A DNA stretch of 64,000 nt from Octopus sinensis (Eukaryota), in contig NC_043002.1 of NCBI RefSeq assembly GCF_006345805.1, positions 28,954,001 to 29,018,000 on the forward strand. Direction: 5' to 3'. How positions within the stretch are numbered: the first letter of the stretch is position 1; each line of letters begins with the position of its first letter. Shown here piece by piece: positions 26,845-38,234 of this stretch. A program made the position numbers and the translations under genes. Under the pieces are notes generated by a model. That model searched no databases. It was not told the DNA's origin and saw only the letters and a program-made list of their open reading frames with translations.

Positions 26845-26876
<32 letters not shown>

Positions 26877-28419
26877 ATGTATGCATTTATAATACACACA
26901 CATTATAAATATGTACACATATATGCATATGCATTAGAATATGTGTATATAGGTGTATATATATATATATGCATATGTTTGTATACATGTGTGTGTGTGT
27001 GTATAAAAATAAATATATGCATAACCAATGCAAACAATGGAAAATAATTTAAACACTCATTTTATATATACTCAGGATCTACACAAATTTTATATATACT
27101 CCACGAAGTTTGAAAGGTAAAGATCCGGTATTTTAAATTTTTGTTGCATTTCTAATCTTTCTGATGTCTAAGGATGGATATTTATGCGTATGAATCTTTT
27201 TCTTTTTATTTTGTTTCAAATATAATTCTAGGGAACTGAAAAAGCTGTGTACGATGCCAAGCGAATTTAGTTGTTTACGATAAGCGGATATTTACATGCA
27301 AACAATGGAAAATAATTAAAGCACTAATTTTATATATACTCAGACTACTTCACGAAGTTTGAAAGTGTTTAGTTACAAAAAGTTACGATAAGCGGAAGAC
27401 TACTCCACGAAGTTTGAAAGTGTTTAGGATCTTTTCATTTTCGTCGCCTGGACGTCAGATCTTTCTAGTTAACTAAATAATTTGAAACTTCGTGTACTGG
27501 TAGAGTGTCTCAAAACAAAACACTAGTTCCAACTTGTTTATTTGAGAAAAATCTATTTTATGACATTAATCGTAGATTAAATCTGCGAATTTTAACCAAT
27601 CATGTTGTCTGTATTGATCTGAAATTATTCGCTGCATAGTGTTAACTGTGACGTAGACAGCTATTTTGTGAAAATGTAAACATCAGATCAAACATCCGCT
27701 TATCGTAACTTTTTGTAACTAAACACTGGATCTTTTCAGTTTGAAGGCCAGATTTTCCTAGTTAACTAAACAATTTGAAACTTCGTATACTGGTAGAATG
27801 TGTCAAAAGAAAACATAATTGTAAACCAAAATGAAAACGGAATTGTAATTTCTAAGTTTAACGTTGTTTAATAATTCGAATTTTAACCAATCTTTCGACC
27901 TCATATTATTTACTGCCTCTCAAAATATGGTTACTGTGACGTAAACAGCTATTTTGTGACGTAGTTAACGTAAACATGTAAACAGACCTACAGATTCGTT
28001 TGTAACGTAAACATCCATCATCGTAAATAGCTAAATTCGCTTGGCATCGTACACAGCTTTTTCAGTTCCCTAGAATTATATTTGAAAGAAAATAAAAAGA
28101 AAAAGATTCATACGCATAAATATCCATCCTTAGACATCAGAAAATGAGTGTTTAATTATTTTCCATTGTTTGCATTGCTTACACACACACACACACATAC
28201 ATACATACATACACACATACTAAAATTACATCGTCGGAGCAGTAATTTATTTATGTATTTTTGTTATACAATTTATGTTAAAGCTGAATCCCTATCCTGC
28301 CATTAACCCCTTTCTTATAAAATAGTTGAAGAATCTGGGGTGTAGGTATTGGGCCAGTATTGGAACTTTTAACTTCTTGCTCTCCTATCTTATGATCTCC
28401 GAAATTTAAGAATCTTGTG
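26233..28419. repeat. Nested inverted duplications
   Basis: 26233-26355 is inverted with 26502-26624, 26502-26710 with about 28210-28419, and 27158-27295 with 28008-28143. Confidence 0.85.
27427..27990 (+). mobile_element. Two internal GGATCTTTTC transposon ends (27427 and 27728)
   Basis: Both carry the family motif AATTTGAAACTTCGT.TACTGGTAGA.TGT.TCAAAA. They are preceded by AGTGTTTA and TAAACACT, which are reverse complements. Confidence 0.85.
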
Positions 28420-28890
28420 TTAACTGGGCTCTTATTATTTACTCTGACTCTGCCACTACCTCAATGCAAAGACTATCAATATCAGAATCATCTTCACAAC
28501 CACCACTACAACCATTACTACAACCTCCAATGCCACCACCACAACCCCAAGATCAATACCAGCATCATATTCAAAATCACCAATTTCACCACCACTACAC
28601 TCTGCAATGTCTTCAACACTACCATCCATGAGACATCCTAACATAATCAATGCTACTACTACTATCATCATCATCATCATTATCATCCACTGCCGCCGCC
28701 ACCACCACCACCTCTACAAAAACACCAACACTATAATTGCTGCCATCATACACATCCACTGTCACCACTACACAACAACCACCACTGCCATGATAACCAC
28801 ATCTACCACCTCCAACACCATTGCCACCACTATCTATGAGACATCCTAAGTTAGATACAACTTTCACTTTCTAGTTGCTCTTTGAGTTTA

Positions 28891-29285
28891 TCTTTATATA
28901 TAAAAGAGAGGTTGTGTGTCGGTCTCCTACGATTTAGATTCCTAACTACTCCCACATTTTGCGGTGCAGTTTAACCAAAACCGGGTATCTTATAGTCGTG
29001 ATTCATATCGAGCCCTTCTGGGTATTAGCGCGTGTCTACGATGAGTCTACGATTTAAAAAAAAATTACCATAATTCTTTTCCATTTTAATGCATTTTTTG
29101 CTATTATATAAGGGAAGTAACTCTCTAAAAATGTCTACGATGAGTCAACGATTTAAAAAAAAATTTACCATCATTTTTTTCCATTTTTAATGCATTTTTT
29201 TGCTATTTTTTTGCTATAACTCTCTAAAAATGCTTATATAGTTATTTCCCTTACAAACCCGAGCAACGCCGGGCGATACTGCTAG
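28891..29285 (+). mobile_element. Non-autonomous Helitron
   Basis: A|TC start, CCCGAGCAACGCCGGG hairpin and CTAG|T end. Same family as 58261-58867. Confidence 0.85.
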
Positions 29286-30574
29286 TTATATCTAATCTAT
29301 CTCTCTAAAAGATGCAAAGCAAGTAGCATTAAATGGAGAATGGATGTGAGCAGAAAGAGAGTAAGTTCCATTCCAGTTTACAACAATTATAGAATTATTC
29401 TTAAACCTTAAATGAAGGGTGGAGAGGAGTGAATGAGGAGTCATGTTTCCTCTGAGAGGTTACAGAAGTATTGTTACACTGTTGTTAGAATAGCTGTGGA
29501 AAATGTAAGTTGAAATCAAATTTGATGCTAAGTTCTTTTATAGTCATGTTCCCAATGAAATACACATAATCAATTTGAACAGTCTTAGTAAAATAGCTAC
29601 TTTCTTTAAGTATTAATCAGGTGTTTGGATCAACAAAATTATGAGATAAAGGTGAGAAGGTCAGTAGAGTGTCTATCTGCTTGTAACTATGTAGACTATG
29701 CCTTGTTATGGTTTATGTTAGGGTTAGAGCTATGGTCTAGAATTGGCAACAGATAGCATACTAAATTGTAAATGGCCACATTTACTGTATGCTAAACTGG
29801 CACTAGAGATTTAATGAAACAGTTTACCTATCAGAATTTAAGTTATGAAAGGGTTAGTTAGCATTGTCAACACACTTCACATTTCTCTTTTTTTGTGGGC
29901 AATGAAAGAAAACACTAGATAAGGAGTGGGTCAATATAGTTGACATTATTTCCTCCTATAAAATTTTTGGCTATGTACCTTTGTTAGACATTCTTATTTG
30001 TATGAATATAAATTGCGAGCAAGAGAACATCTGCAGGCTTTCCTAAACTGTTAATGTGAATGTAGATGATATCTTTTTTCAACTTGTGTAAATTAATGTC
30101 TGATGAGAATGTGATTCCATGTAGAAGCTGCCATTCTGGCGATAAATGATTGGATAAAATATTTAGTAAAAGGTTCTAGCTGTGAGACATGTTAAAGATG
30201 ATGATGTGGGCTCAGTTTACTACCACACCCTCAGCAATATCGCCATTGATGCTGTTGGTAGAGACGATGCTCCTATGAGATTTCTTGTTCCTAGGATACA
30301 TCCGGTTTAAACGCTTTCTTTTCAGACCAGACATTTTTACGATACCTGTGTGTGTGTGTATGTGTGTGTGTGTGTGTGTGTGTGCGTGTGTATGTGTGTG
30401 TGTGTGTGTGCGTGTGTGTAACTAGCATTCCATCGGTTATGACGAAGAGGGTGCCAGTTGATCCGATCAACGGAACAGCCTGCTCGTGAAATTAACATGC
30501 AAGTGGCTGAGTACTCCACAGACCCGTGTACTCTTAACATAGTTCTTAGTGAAATTAAGTACGACATAGAATAT

Positions 30575-31361
30575 TTTCTACTCGAGGTACAAAGCCCGAA
30601 ATGTTGTGGGAGGGGGCCAGTCGATTAGATCGACCCCAGTACACAACTGGTACTTAAGTTTTCGACCCCGAAAGGATGAAAAGCAAAATAGACCTTGGCG
30701 GAATTTGAACTGAGAACCCATAGACAGACAAAATACCGCTAAGCATTTCGCTCAGCATGCTAACGTTTCTGATTTCTTTATCGCCCACATGGGACTAAAC
30801 ATAGAGGGGGACAAACAGGGACAGACAAAGGGATTAGGTCGATTACATCGACCCCAGTGCGTAACTGGTACTTATTTAATCGACCCCGAAAGGATGAAAG
30901 GCAAAGTCGACCTCGGCGGAAGATGAACTCAGAACGTAGCGGCAGACGAAATACCTATTTCTTTACTACCCACAAGGGGCTAAACACAGAGAGGACAAAT
31001 AAGGATAAACAAACGGATTAAGTCGATTATATCGACCTCAGTGCGTAACTGGTACTTATTTAATCGGCCCCCAAAAGGATGAAAGGCAAAGTCGACCTTG
31101 GCGGAATTTGAACTCAGAACATAACGGCAGACGAAATACCTATTTCTTTACTACCTACAAGGAGCTAAACACAGAGAGGACAGACAAGGAGATTAAGTCG
31201 ATTACATCGACCCCAGTGCGTAACTGGTACTTAATTTATCGACCCTGAAAGGATGAAAGGCAAAGTCGACCTCGGCGGAACTTGAACTCAGAACATAACG
31301 GCAGACGAAATACCGCCAAGCATTTCGCCTGGCATGCTAACGTTTCTGCCAGCTCGCTGCC
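30575..31361 (-). mobile_element. Head-to-tail array of four SINE family A units
   Basis: The central domain occurs four times, with junctions at about 31140, 30955 and 30771. Confidence 0.9.
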
Positions 31362-31494
31362 TTCATCATCAACTTCTATTTCTGCTTAGCGTTTTGTTTA
31401 AATTTTTTGTTGACTAAAATTTATTGAAAAAAAAAAAGCCGCAATAATTATGCACCAACCTAATACGAATAGCATTGGATATTTTGATTTTTTG

Positions 31495-32095
31495 TCAATC
31501 ATCTGCCATCCATCAGTATGTAGGGAACGTGGAGGCGCAATGGCCCAGTGGTTAGGGCAGCGGACTCGCGGTCGTAGGGTCGCGGTTTCGATTCCCAACC
31601 GGGCGTTGTGAGTGTTTATTGAGCGAAAACACCTAAAAGCTCCACGAGGCTCCGGCAGGGGATGGTGGTGATCCCTTCTGTACTCCTTCACCACAACTTT
31701 CTCTCACTCTTACTTCCTGTTTCTGTTGTACCTGTATTTCAAGGGGCCGGCCTTGTCACTCTCTGTGTCACGCTGAATATCCCCGAGAACTGCGTTAAGG
31801 GTACGCGTGTCTGTGGAGTGCTCAGCCACTTACACGTTAATTTCACGAGCAGGCTGTTCCGTTGATTCGGATCAACCGGAACCCTCATCGTCGTAACCGA
31901 CGGAGTGCTTCCATGTCCTCAGTGGAGGCAGTTTCAGGACGTCCAGAAGCTGGATCATCTCCCAGACTTTTCCTTCTCCTCCTAAATTTAGCTGCCCATT
32001 TTTACACTGTTGATAAAACTAGAGCATCATCCCCTAATGTAGCAACCATGACAGCATGAGTGTTGTTTGAGGCTAAACTCTTTTTCTGCCGGTAA
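31495..32095 (-). mobile_element. mariner N-terminal remnant interrupted by a SINE
   Basis: Minus strand reads HAVMVATLGDDALVLSTV*KWAAKFRRRRKSLGDDPASGRPETASTED and resumes as MDGR*LT beyond the SINE. Confidence 0.7.
31531..31912 (+). mobile_element. tRNA-derived SINE (family D), well conserved
   Basis: GGAGGCGCAATGGCCCAGTGGTTAGGG (A box) and GGTTTCGATTCC (B box). A tail fragment of the same family is also at about 30425-30550 on the minus strand. Confidence 0.85.
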
Positions 32096-32185
32096 TTGTC
32101 AACAGCAAGACACCAAATTAGAAAATTACTATTTGTAAATCTCACAACGAGAGATATTCAGCAACAGTACTTAGGAATAAAAATC

Positions 32186-32574
32186 ATTTGCCAACATAAC
32201 ATGGCAGTCCTAGTTTAGGACGAATGTTGCTGTAATTTAGCCCCAGGAGACATCGTCTCCAGCTGGTTATATGACACGATCTGTGTCCTTATATTTTCGA
32301 ACAAGGGAATCTAGCACCACCCCCGCCACTCAGCTCAAAACAATATCTGTGTATTGCGATTTCCGGGTTATTTCCCTTCATTAGCACAGAATAATTGCTC
32401 GGCTAGAGGTGGCGCTGCCAAATTCGCGATACACAGATATTGTTTTGAGCTGAGTGGGGGGGGGGGGTGCTAGATTCCCTTGTTCGAAAATATAAGGACA
32501 CAGACGATGTCTCCTGGGGCTAAATTACAGCAACATTCATCCTAAACCAGGACTGCCATGTTATGTTGGCAAAT
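32186..32574. mobile_element. Palindromic MITE with 4-bp flanking repeat AATC
   Basis: Inverted arms of about 150-175 bp run ATTTGCCAACATAACATGGCAGTCC...GGACTGCCATGTTATGTTGGCAAAT, with AATC at 32182-32185 and 32575-32578. Confidence 0.85.
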
Positions 32575-32667
32575 AATCTTTACTCCACGACATCAAACTT
32601 AGTCTATTTTCAAGAGACACCGCTACTAATAACTTTTGAAGTGTTCTTTGAACAGTCAGATGTCAGT

Positions 32668-33653
32668 TTACTCTTTTACTTGTTTCAGTCATTTGACTGT
32701 GGCCATGCTGGAGCACCGCATTTAGTCGAGCAAATCGACCCCAGGACTTATTCTTTGTCAGCCTAGTACTTATTCTATCGGTCTCTTTTGCCGAATCGCT
32801 AAGTTACGGGGACGTAAACACACCAGCATGTGAAATGATGTTGGGAGGACAAACATATACTCACACATACATATATATAAAAATATATACGACGGGCTTC
32901 TTTCAGTTTCCGTCTACTAAATCCACTCACAAGGCTTTGATCGGCCCGAGGTTATAGTAAAAGACACTTGCCCAAGGTGCCACGCAGTAGGAATGAACCT
33001 GGAACCATGTGGTTGGTAAGCAAGCTAGTTACCACACAGCCACTCCTATGCCTATTTATATATACATATATACGACGGGATTCTTTCAGTTTCCATCTAC
33101 TAAATCCACTCACAAGGCTTTGATCGGCCCGAGGCTATAGTAAAAGACACTTGCCCAAGGTGCCACGCAGTAGGAATGAACCTGGAACCATGTCCCCTGA
33201 TCGCACAATCCCTTCATACTGATTGATTTCGTCTTAATGGCTTACTCTTTACTCTTTTTACTTGTTTCAGTCATTTGACTGCGGCCATGCTGGAGCACCG
33301 CATTTAGTCGAGCAAATCGACCCCAGGACTTATTCTTTGTCAGCCTAGTACTTATTCTATCGGTCTCTTTTGCCGAACCGCTAATTGTCGGGGACGTAAA
33401 CACACCAGCATCGGTTGTCAAGCAATGCTAGGGGGACAAACACAGACGCACAAACATATACACACACATACATATATATATACATATATACGACGGGCTT
33501 CTTTCAGTTTCCGTCTATCAAATCCACTCACAAGGCATTGGTCGGCCCAGGGCAATAGCAGAAGACACTTGCCCAAGATGCCACGTAGTGGGACTGAACC
33601 TGGAACCATGTGGTTGGTAAGCAATCTACTTACCACACAGCCACTCCGGCGCC
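32668..33653 (-). mobile_element. Cluster of SINE family B copies (two near-complete, one partial)
   Basis: Heads end at 33052 and 33653, with a partial duplicate at about 33070-33192. The minus strand carries CORE-like CTTGGGCAAGTGTCTT. Confidence 0.9.
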
Positions 33654-33812
33654 TATGTTATTATTGTTAATTATTTTTTCAGTTACCCGCTTCTAATGTC
33701 GAGGTTTGACTCCGACAGCTTCTCATTGACTCCTCTTTCAGGCGGCTCAATTTAAGTTCAAGAGATCTCTTTTCGATACTTTCAAGAATTTTCCTTCTAT
33801 TTCTTTTTACTT

Positions 33813-33814
<2 letters not shown>

Positions 33815-33844
<30 letters not shown>

Positions 33845-33876
33845 TGTATGTATGTATGTATGTATGTATGTATGTA

Positions 33877-33908
<32 letters not shown>

Positions 33909-34502
33909 AATGTATGTATGTATGTGTGTGTGTATGTATGTATGTATGTATGTGTGTGTGTATGTATGTATGTATGTATGTATGTGTGTGTGTATGTATG
34001 TATGCATGCATGTATGTATGTATGTATGTATGTGTGTGTATGTATGTATGTATGTGTGTATGTATGTATGTGTGTGCATGTATGTATGTATCTGTATGTA
34101 TGTATGTATGTATGTGTGTGTGTATGTATGTATGTGTGTATGTATGTATGTGTGTGTATATGTATGTATGTGTGTATGTATGTATGTATGTATGTGTGTG
34201 TGTATGTATGTATGTATGTATGTATGTATGTATGTGTGTGTATGTATGTATGTGTGTATGTATGTATGTATGTATGTATCTGTATGTATGTATGTATGTA
34301 TGTATATATGTATGTATGTATGTATGTATCCGTATGTATGTATGTATGTATGTATATATGTATGTATGTATGTTTGTATGTATGTATGTATGTATGTATG
34401 TATGTATGTATCTATGTATGTATGTATGTATGTGTGTGTATGTATGTATGTATGTATGTATGTATGTATGTATGTATGTATGTGTGTGTGTGTATGTATG
34501 TA

Positions 34503-34539
<37 letters not shown>

Positions 34540-34555
34540 ATGTATGCATGTATGA
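33815..34555. repeat. Long compound (TATG)n/(TG)n microsatellite
   Basis: About 740 bp of TATG and TG repeats. Confidence 0.95.
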
Positions 34556-34561
34556 GTTCTA

Positions 34562-34655
34562 GGTAAATTCTACTACGGAAAATTCCACCAGGTAAATTTC
34601 ACCATAGGTAAATTCCATCACGGTATATTCCACCATGGTAAATTCCATCCATGGA
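34562..34655. repeat. About 15-bp tandem repeat GGTAAATTCCACCAY
   Basis: Six degenerate copies, resembling subterminal repeats of a DNA transposon. Confidence 0.7.
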
Positions 34656-34762
34656 CAGCCTTCCAATCTAAGCTATTCCCGCTAATAATCACTATGGTCA
34701 GTTTCTCTAGACCGTGGGTCAATGCTTATGTTATTTAATCTGTCTGTCTCTCAAATCTTAAG

Positions 34763-34821
<59 letters not shown>

Positions 34822-34832
34822 GATAGATAGAT

Positions 34833-34913
<81 letters not shown>

Positions 34914-35214
34914 TACCCACACCGCTGCGGATGCTACCACCGCCATCACCACCCATAGCATCAACGACCCGACATTAACATTGTCGCCGCCGAGATCTAT
35001 TTCTCAATGTATTTCTTTTCGTTCATGCATTCCCGTCTGTCTCTTGACAAAGCTTTCTTTCTCCAGCGTTCACCACGTCACCTCGTCAGGGTTAAACAGC
35101 CCTTACCGAAAACTTTTTACTGTCCTGATTATGTTAGCAGCTTTGACGTTCCAAGTATCTCATTTTATCTAATTTGCTTTGGGGTAGCAATTGCTTTGAC
35201 GAAGACACAACTTG

Positions 35215-35850
35215 TCGCTATGCGGAGTAAGTAAAACTGCCAACAATTGAGGAAGAGTTGTTTTTCTTATATGCTGCCGAGCCGAGCCGAGCCGAAAAAA
35301 AAAAATAATATATAAAATTGAAAAATTTTAATTAAATTGAAAATAAAAATTATTAAATTATATTTATAATTTGTTTAAAAATATATATAACTATGAAAAA
35401 GTATGAAAAAGTTTAATATACATAAATACAGATATATACACTTTGTATATATACATTATATATACATATTTATATATAGAACACACACACTTACATATAA
35501 ATGAACGCAAGAATATCTGATTCATAATATTTGTTCTCATGCTCGTGTGTTGTTGGTGACAGACAGATACGTAAAAGAACGTCGATGTAATAGGAAGGTA
35601 AGAAACAGAGTGAGTGAACAAGAGAGGAAATAGCGAGAGTGACAGATACTTTAAAAAACGGCAGTGGACTTATCAAAGTTATACATGAAGGGGAGTGAGA
35701 GGGTACTGGAGGAAATAGCGTGAGTGAGGAAGATGGCCCCTAGCAACCACACCTTTTAAGATAGGGATTTCTAAGGTAGCCCACGAGCTTCGTCACCTAT
35801 TTCTACATGTCCCTGTAAATTTTGGAGCGAATCGGACGGGACGTAGTGGC
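35215..35850 (-). mobile_element. Helitron-family fragment related to 2195-2818
   Basis: Shares AATATCTGATTCATAATATTTGTTCTCATG and CCCTAGCAAC..TTTTAAGATAGGGATTT..ACATGTCCCTGTAAATT blocks. Confidence 0.65.
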
Positions 35851-35868
35851 ATTGAAAGCGAACCAAGC

Positions 35869-35917
<49 letters not shown>

Positions 35918-36282
35918 CTGAAGTTGTCTGGATATATGTATGTATGTATGTGTGTGTGTGTGTGTATACGTATGTATGTGTAGAGACCTCTTTTGGCCCC
36001 ACCCGAGTTTTGAAACTGAATGGGTAAATTTCCCCTTAACTATAAAGCCTTATAGTTCTGTTGAGGAACAATGTTGTTTTATTCAACCGATGGCCTTCCC
36101 AACATTTGATTGATGTATTTTCCTCTTGACCCATAACCGTTCTAGTTTGTAAAGGGTTTAAATAAATAATATAAGGGATCTTTACCCTTTCAACGGCAGA
36201 TCGAGAAATGTATTTTTTGTAACTAAACACTTTCAATCTTCGGACACTAACCCTAACCCTAATGTGTCATATAAAACATATT

Positions 36283-36491
36283 TTACTTTTAATGTTACTC
36301 TTGACCGCGGCCATGCTGGAGCATCGCCTTTAATCGAGCAACTCGACCCTGGGACTTATTCTTTTTGTAAGCCCAGTACTTATTCTATCGGTCTGTTTTG
36401 CCGAACCGCTAAGTAACGGGGACATAAATACACCAGCATCGGTTGTCAAGCAATGCTAGGGGGACAAACACAGACACACAAACACACACAC

Positions 36492-36535
<44 letters not shown>

Positions 36536-36650
36536 CGGGCTTCTTTCAGTTTCCGTCTACCAAATCCACTCAAAAGGCTTTGGTTGGCCCGAGGTTATAG
36601 TAGAAGACACTTGCCCAAGGTGCCAGACAGTGGGACTGAACCCGGAATCA
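36283..36650 (-). mobile_element. SINE family B, 5'-truncated
   Basis: Homologous to 33241-33653. Confidence 0.85.
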
Positions 36651-37128
36651 GCTACTCCAATATTTTTTAAACATCTGGCTTGTAAAACTTAATATTCCTC
36701 TAAATATTTTATAAGTCATCATACTATTTTTATCTTAGAAAAACAATGACCGAAGGAGTGAGAAGATTAGATTAATCATGAAGCGTCTTCATAAAAACTA
36801 AAACACAGAACTCCTTTGGCATCTTAAATAAATACAATATCAATTCCAATAAAAGTAAAAAGACCGGTTTTCCTTGACCAACTTTACTGACGTCAGCATT
36901 TGAATGGATAGGTATAGGGGTGTTTACAACTCTGTTTTATTACGATTAACTCATTCTATTGGGCCCTGAAAGATAAGACAAAAACCAGCCGAGCAGGATT
37001 TGAAATGATTATTGTAAAATAATGCAAATGTCGGTTTACCTATACATGTGTGCCCCTACCCGACCGACTTTGTTGCCTCACAACTTCCAGAAAAATGTAA
37101 ATTTTTTAAATGAAATTTTCAAAAAATA

Positions 37129-37640
37129 CCGTTAATCCTCGAGCATAGTCTGCCCTTGAGTATAATACGCGGGGGATTTTTAGGGGGCTGTACCTCTGGA
37201 AAACCTAAACCTTGTGTATAATACGCACCCCTTCTCTAACTTCAGTCAAGGAGGTGTATATAACGTCCTTGGTTTCTAAAAATGTATACGGTAACGTCCT
37301 TTATTATTATTGTATATATAACATAATGTAAACGTGTAGCTTTTTTGTGCATTTTCTTTGCAGAAAATAAAGAAATAACAGTAATAACGTTTAATAAATG
37401 TTGCTTATTGCAAGTTATGGATGATTCTTTTATGACTTCATTGCTTTCAGGCTTAGCTTAAGGTATTTTCGTGCCCGACATCACAAAATGCCTCTGAATA
37501 AACATTGCCTGACAGCAAATAGAGACTTGGACATTGCTTAGAAAATAATTTCCATTTTTAACCTCATATATAGTACGCACTAGGGATTTTGACCTTTAAA
37601 TTTTGGGAAAATAATGCGGATTATACTTGAGGATTTACTG
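37129..37640. mobile_element. Tc2/pogo-like MITE
   Basis: TA|CCGTTAATCCTCGAGCATAG ... TTATACTTGAGGATTTACTG|TA, with a 19/25 inverted match and TA on both sides. Nested in another repeat (37052-37840). Confidence 0.7.
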
Positions 37641-38109
37641 TATGTTTTAGATTGTGTACATTCCGCTTACATAGGAATTTGATATTTAAAAAGATTCTGT
37701 GGTTAGGAAGAGGGGTTTCGGGAAATTCACATGAGTTGACTTTGTTTCCTCATAACTTGGGTATTTTTTAATGAAATTTGCTACAAATACTTTTCAGAAT
37801 GTATATATTCAGATTATATTGGAATTTGATGTGAAAAGGAAAATAGTGGCACACATCACAATTTCTTTCGAAATCTCAAGTTTCATTTTGTAAATATATA
37901 TGATATCCATTAGTACATATGTGTATAAAAGCCCACCATTTTTGTATTTTCTTTTGTCATATTAAAACCCCAGCGTTTTCGATAGCCGCTCGTGAAAAAG
38001 TGAAAGTCTTTCTTCGGCAATTTCTTGATTTCAGCAACTATTTTCTGGAAAAAAAATTTTGCCCCCTACCCCTCCACCTCCAATTTCTTCATTTCTCGCT
38101 TGTTTCCGT

Positions 38110-38234
38110 AACTCTAATCCTAAATCCCAACCCTAACCCTAAAACCTCAAACCTAACCCTAACTCTAAAACCCTAACCATAAAACCTAGCTCTAAAACCC
38201 TAACCCTAAAACCCTAACCTTAAAACCCAAACCC
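38110..38234. repeat. Degenerate CCCTAA (telomere-like) repeats
   Basis: CCTAACCCTAA and AAACCCTAA units directly abut the GGATC end at 38235. Confidence 0.75.

Noticed and set aside
27075-27126. 52-bp GGATCT...AGATCC mini-element
   Set aside because: There is no flanking duplication, so it is likely fused remnants of ends.
30099-30130. CTGATGA-GAAT(GTG)ATTC possible hammerhead
   Set aside because: The GAAA core half is missing.
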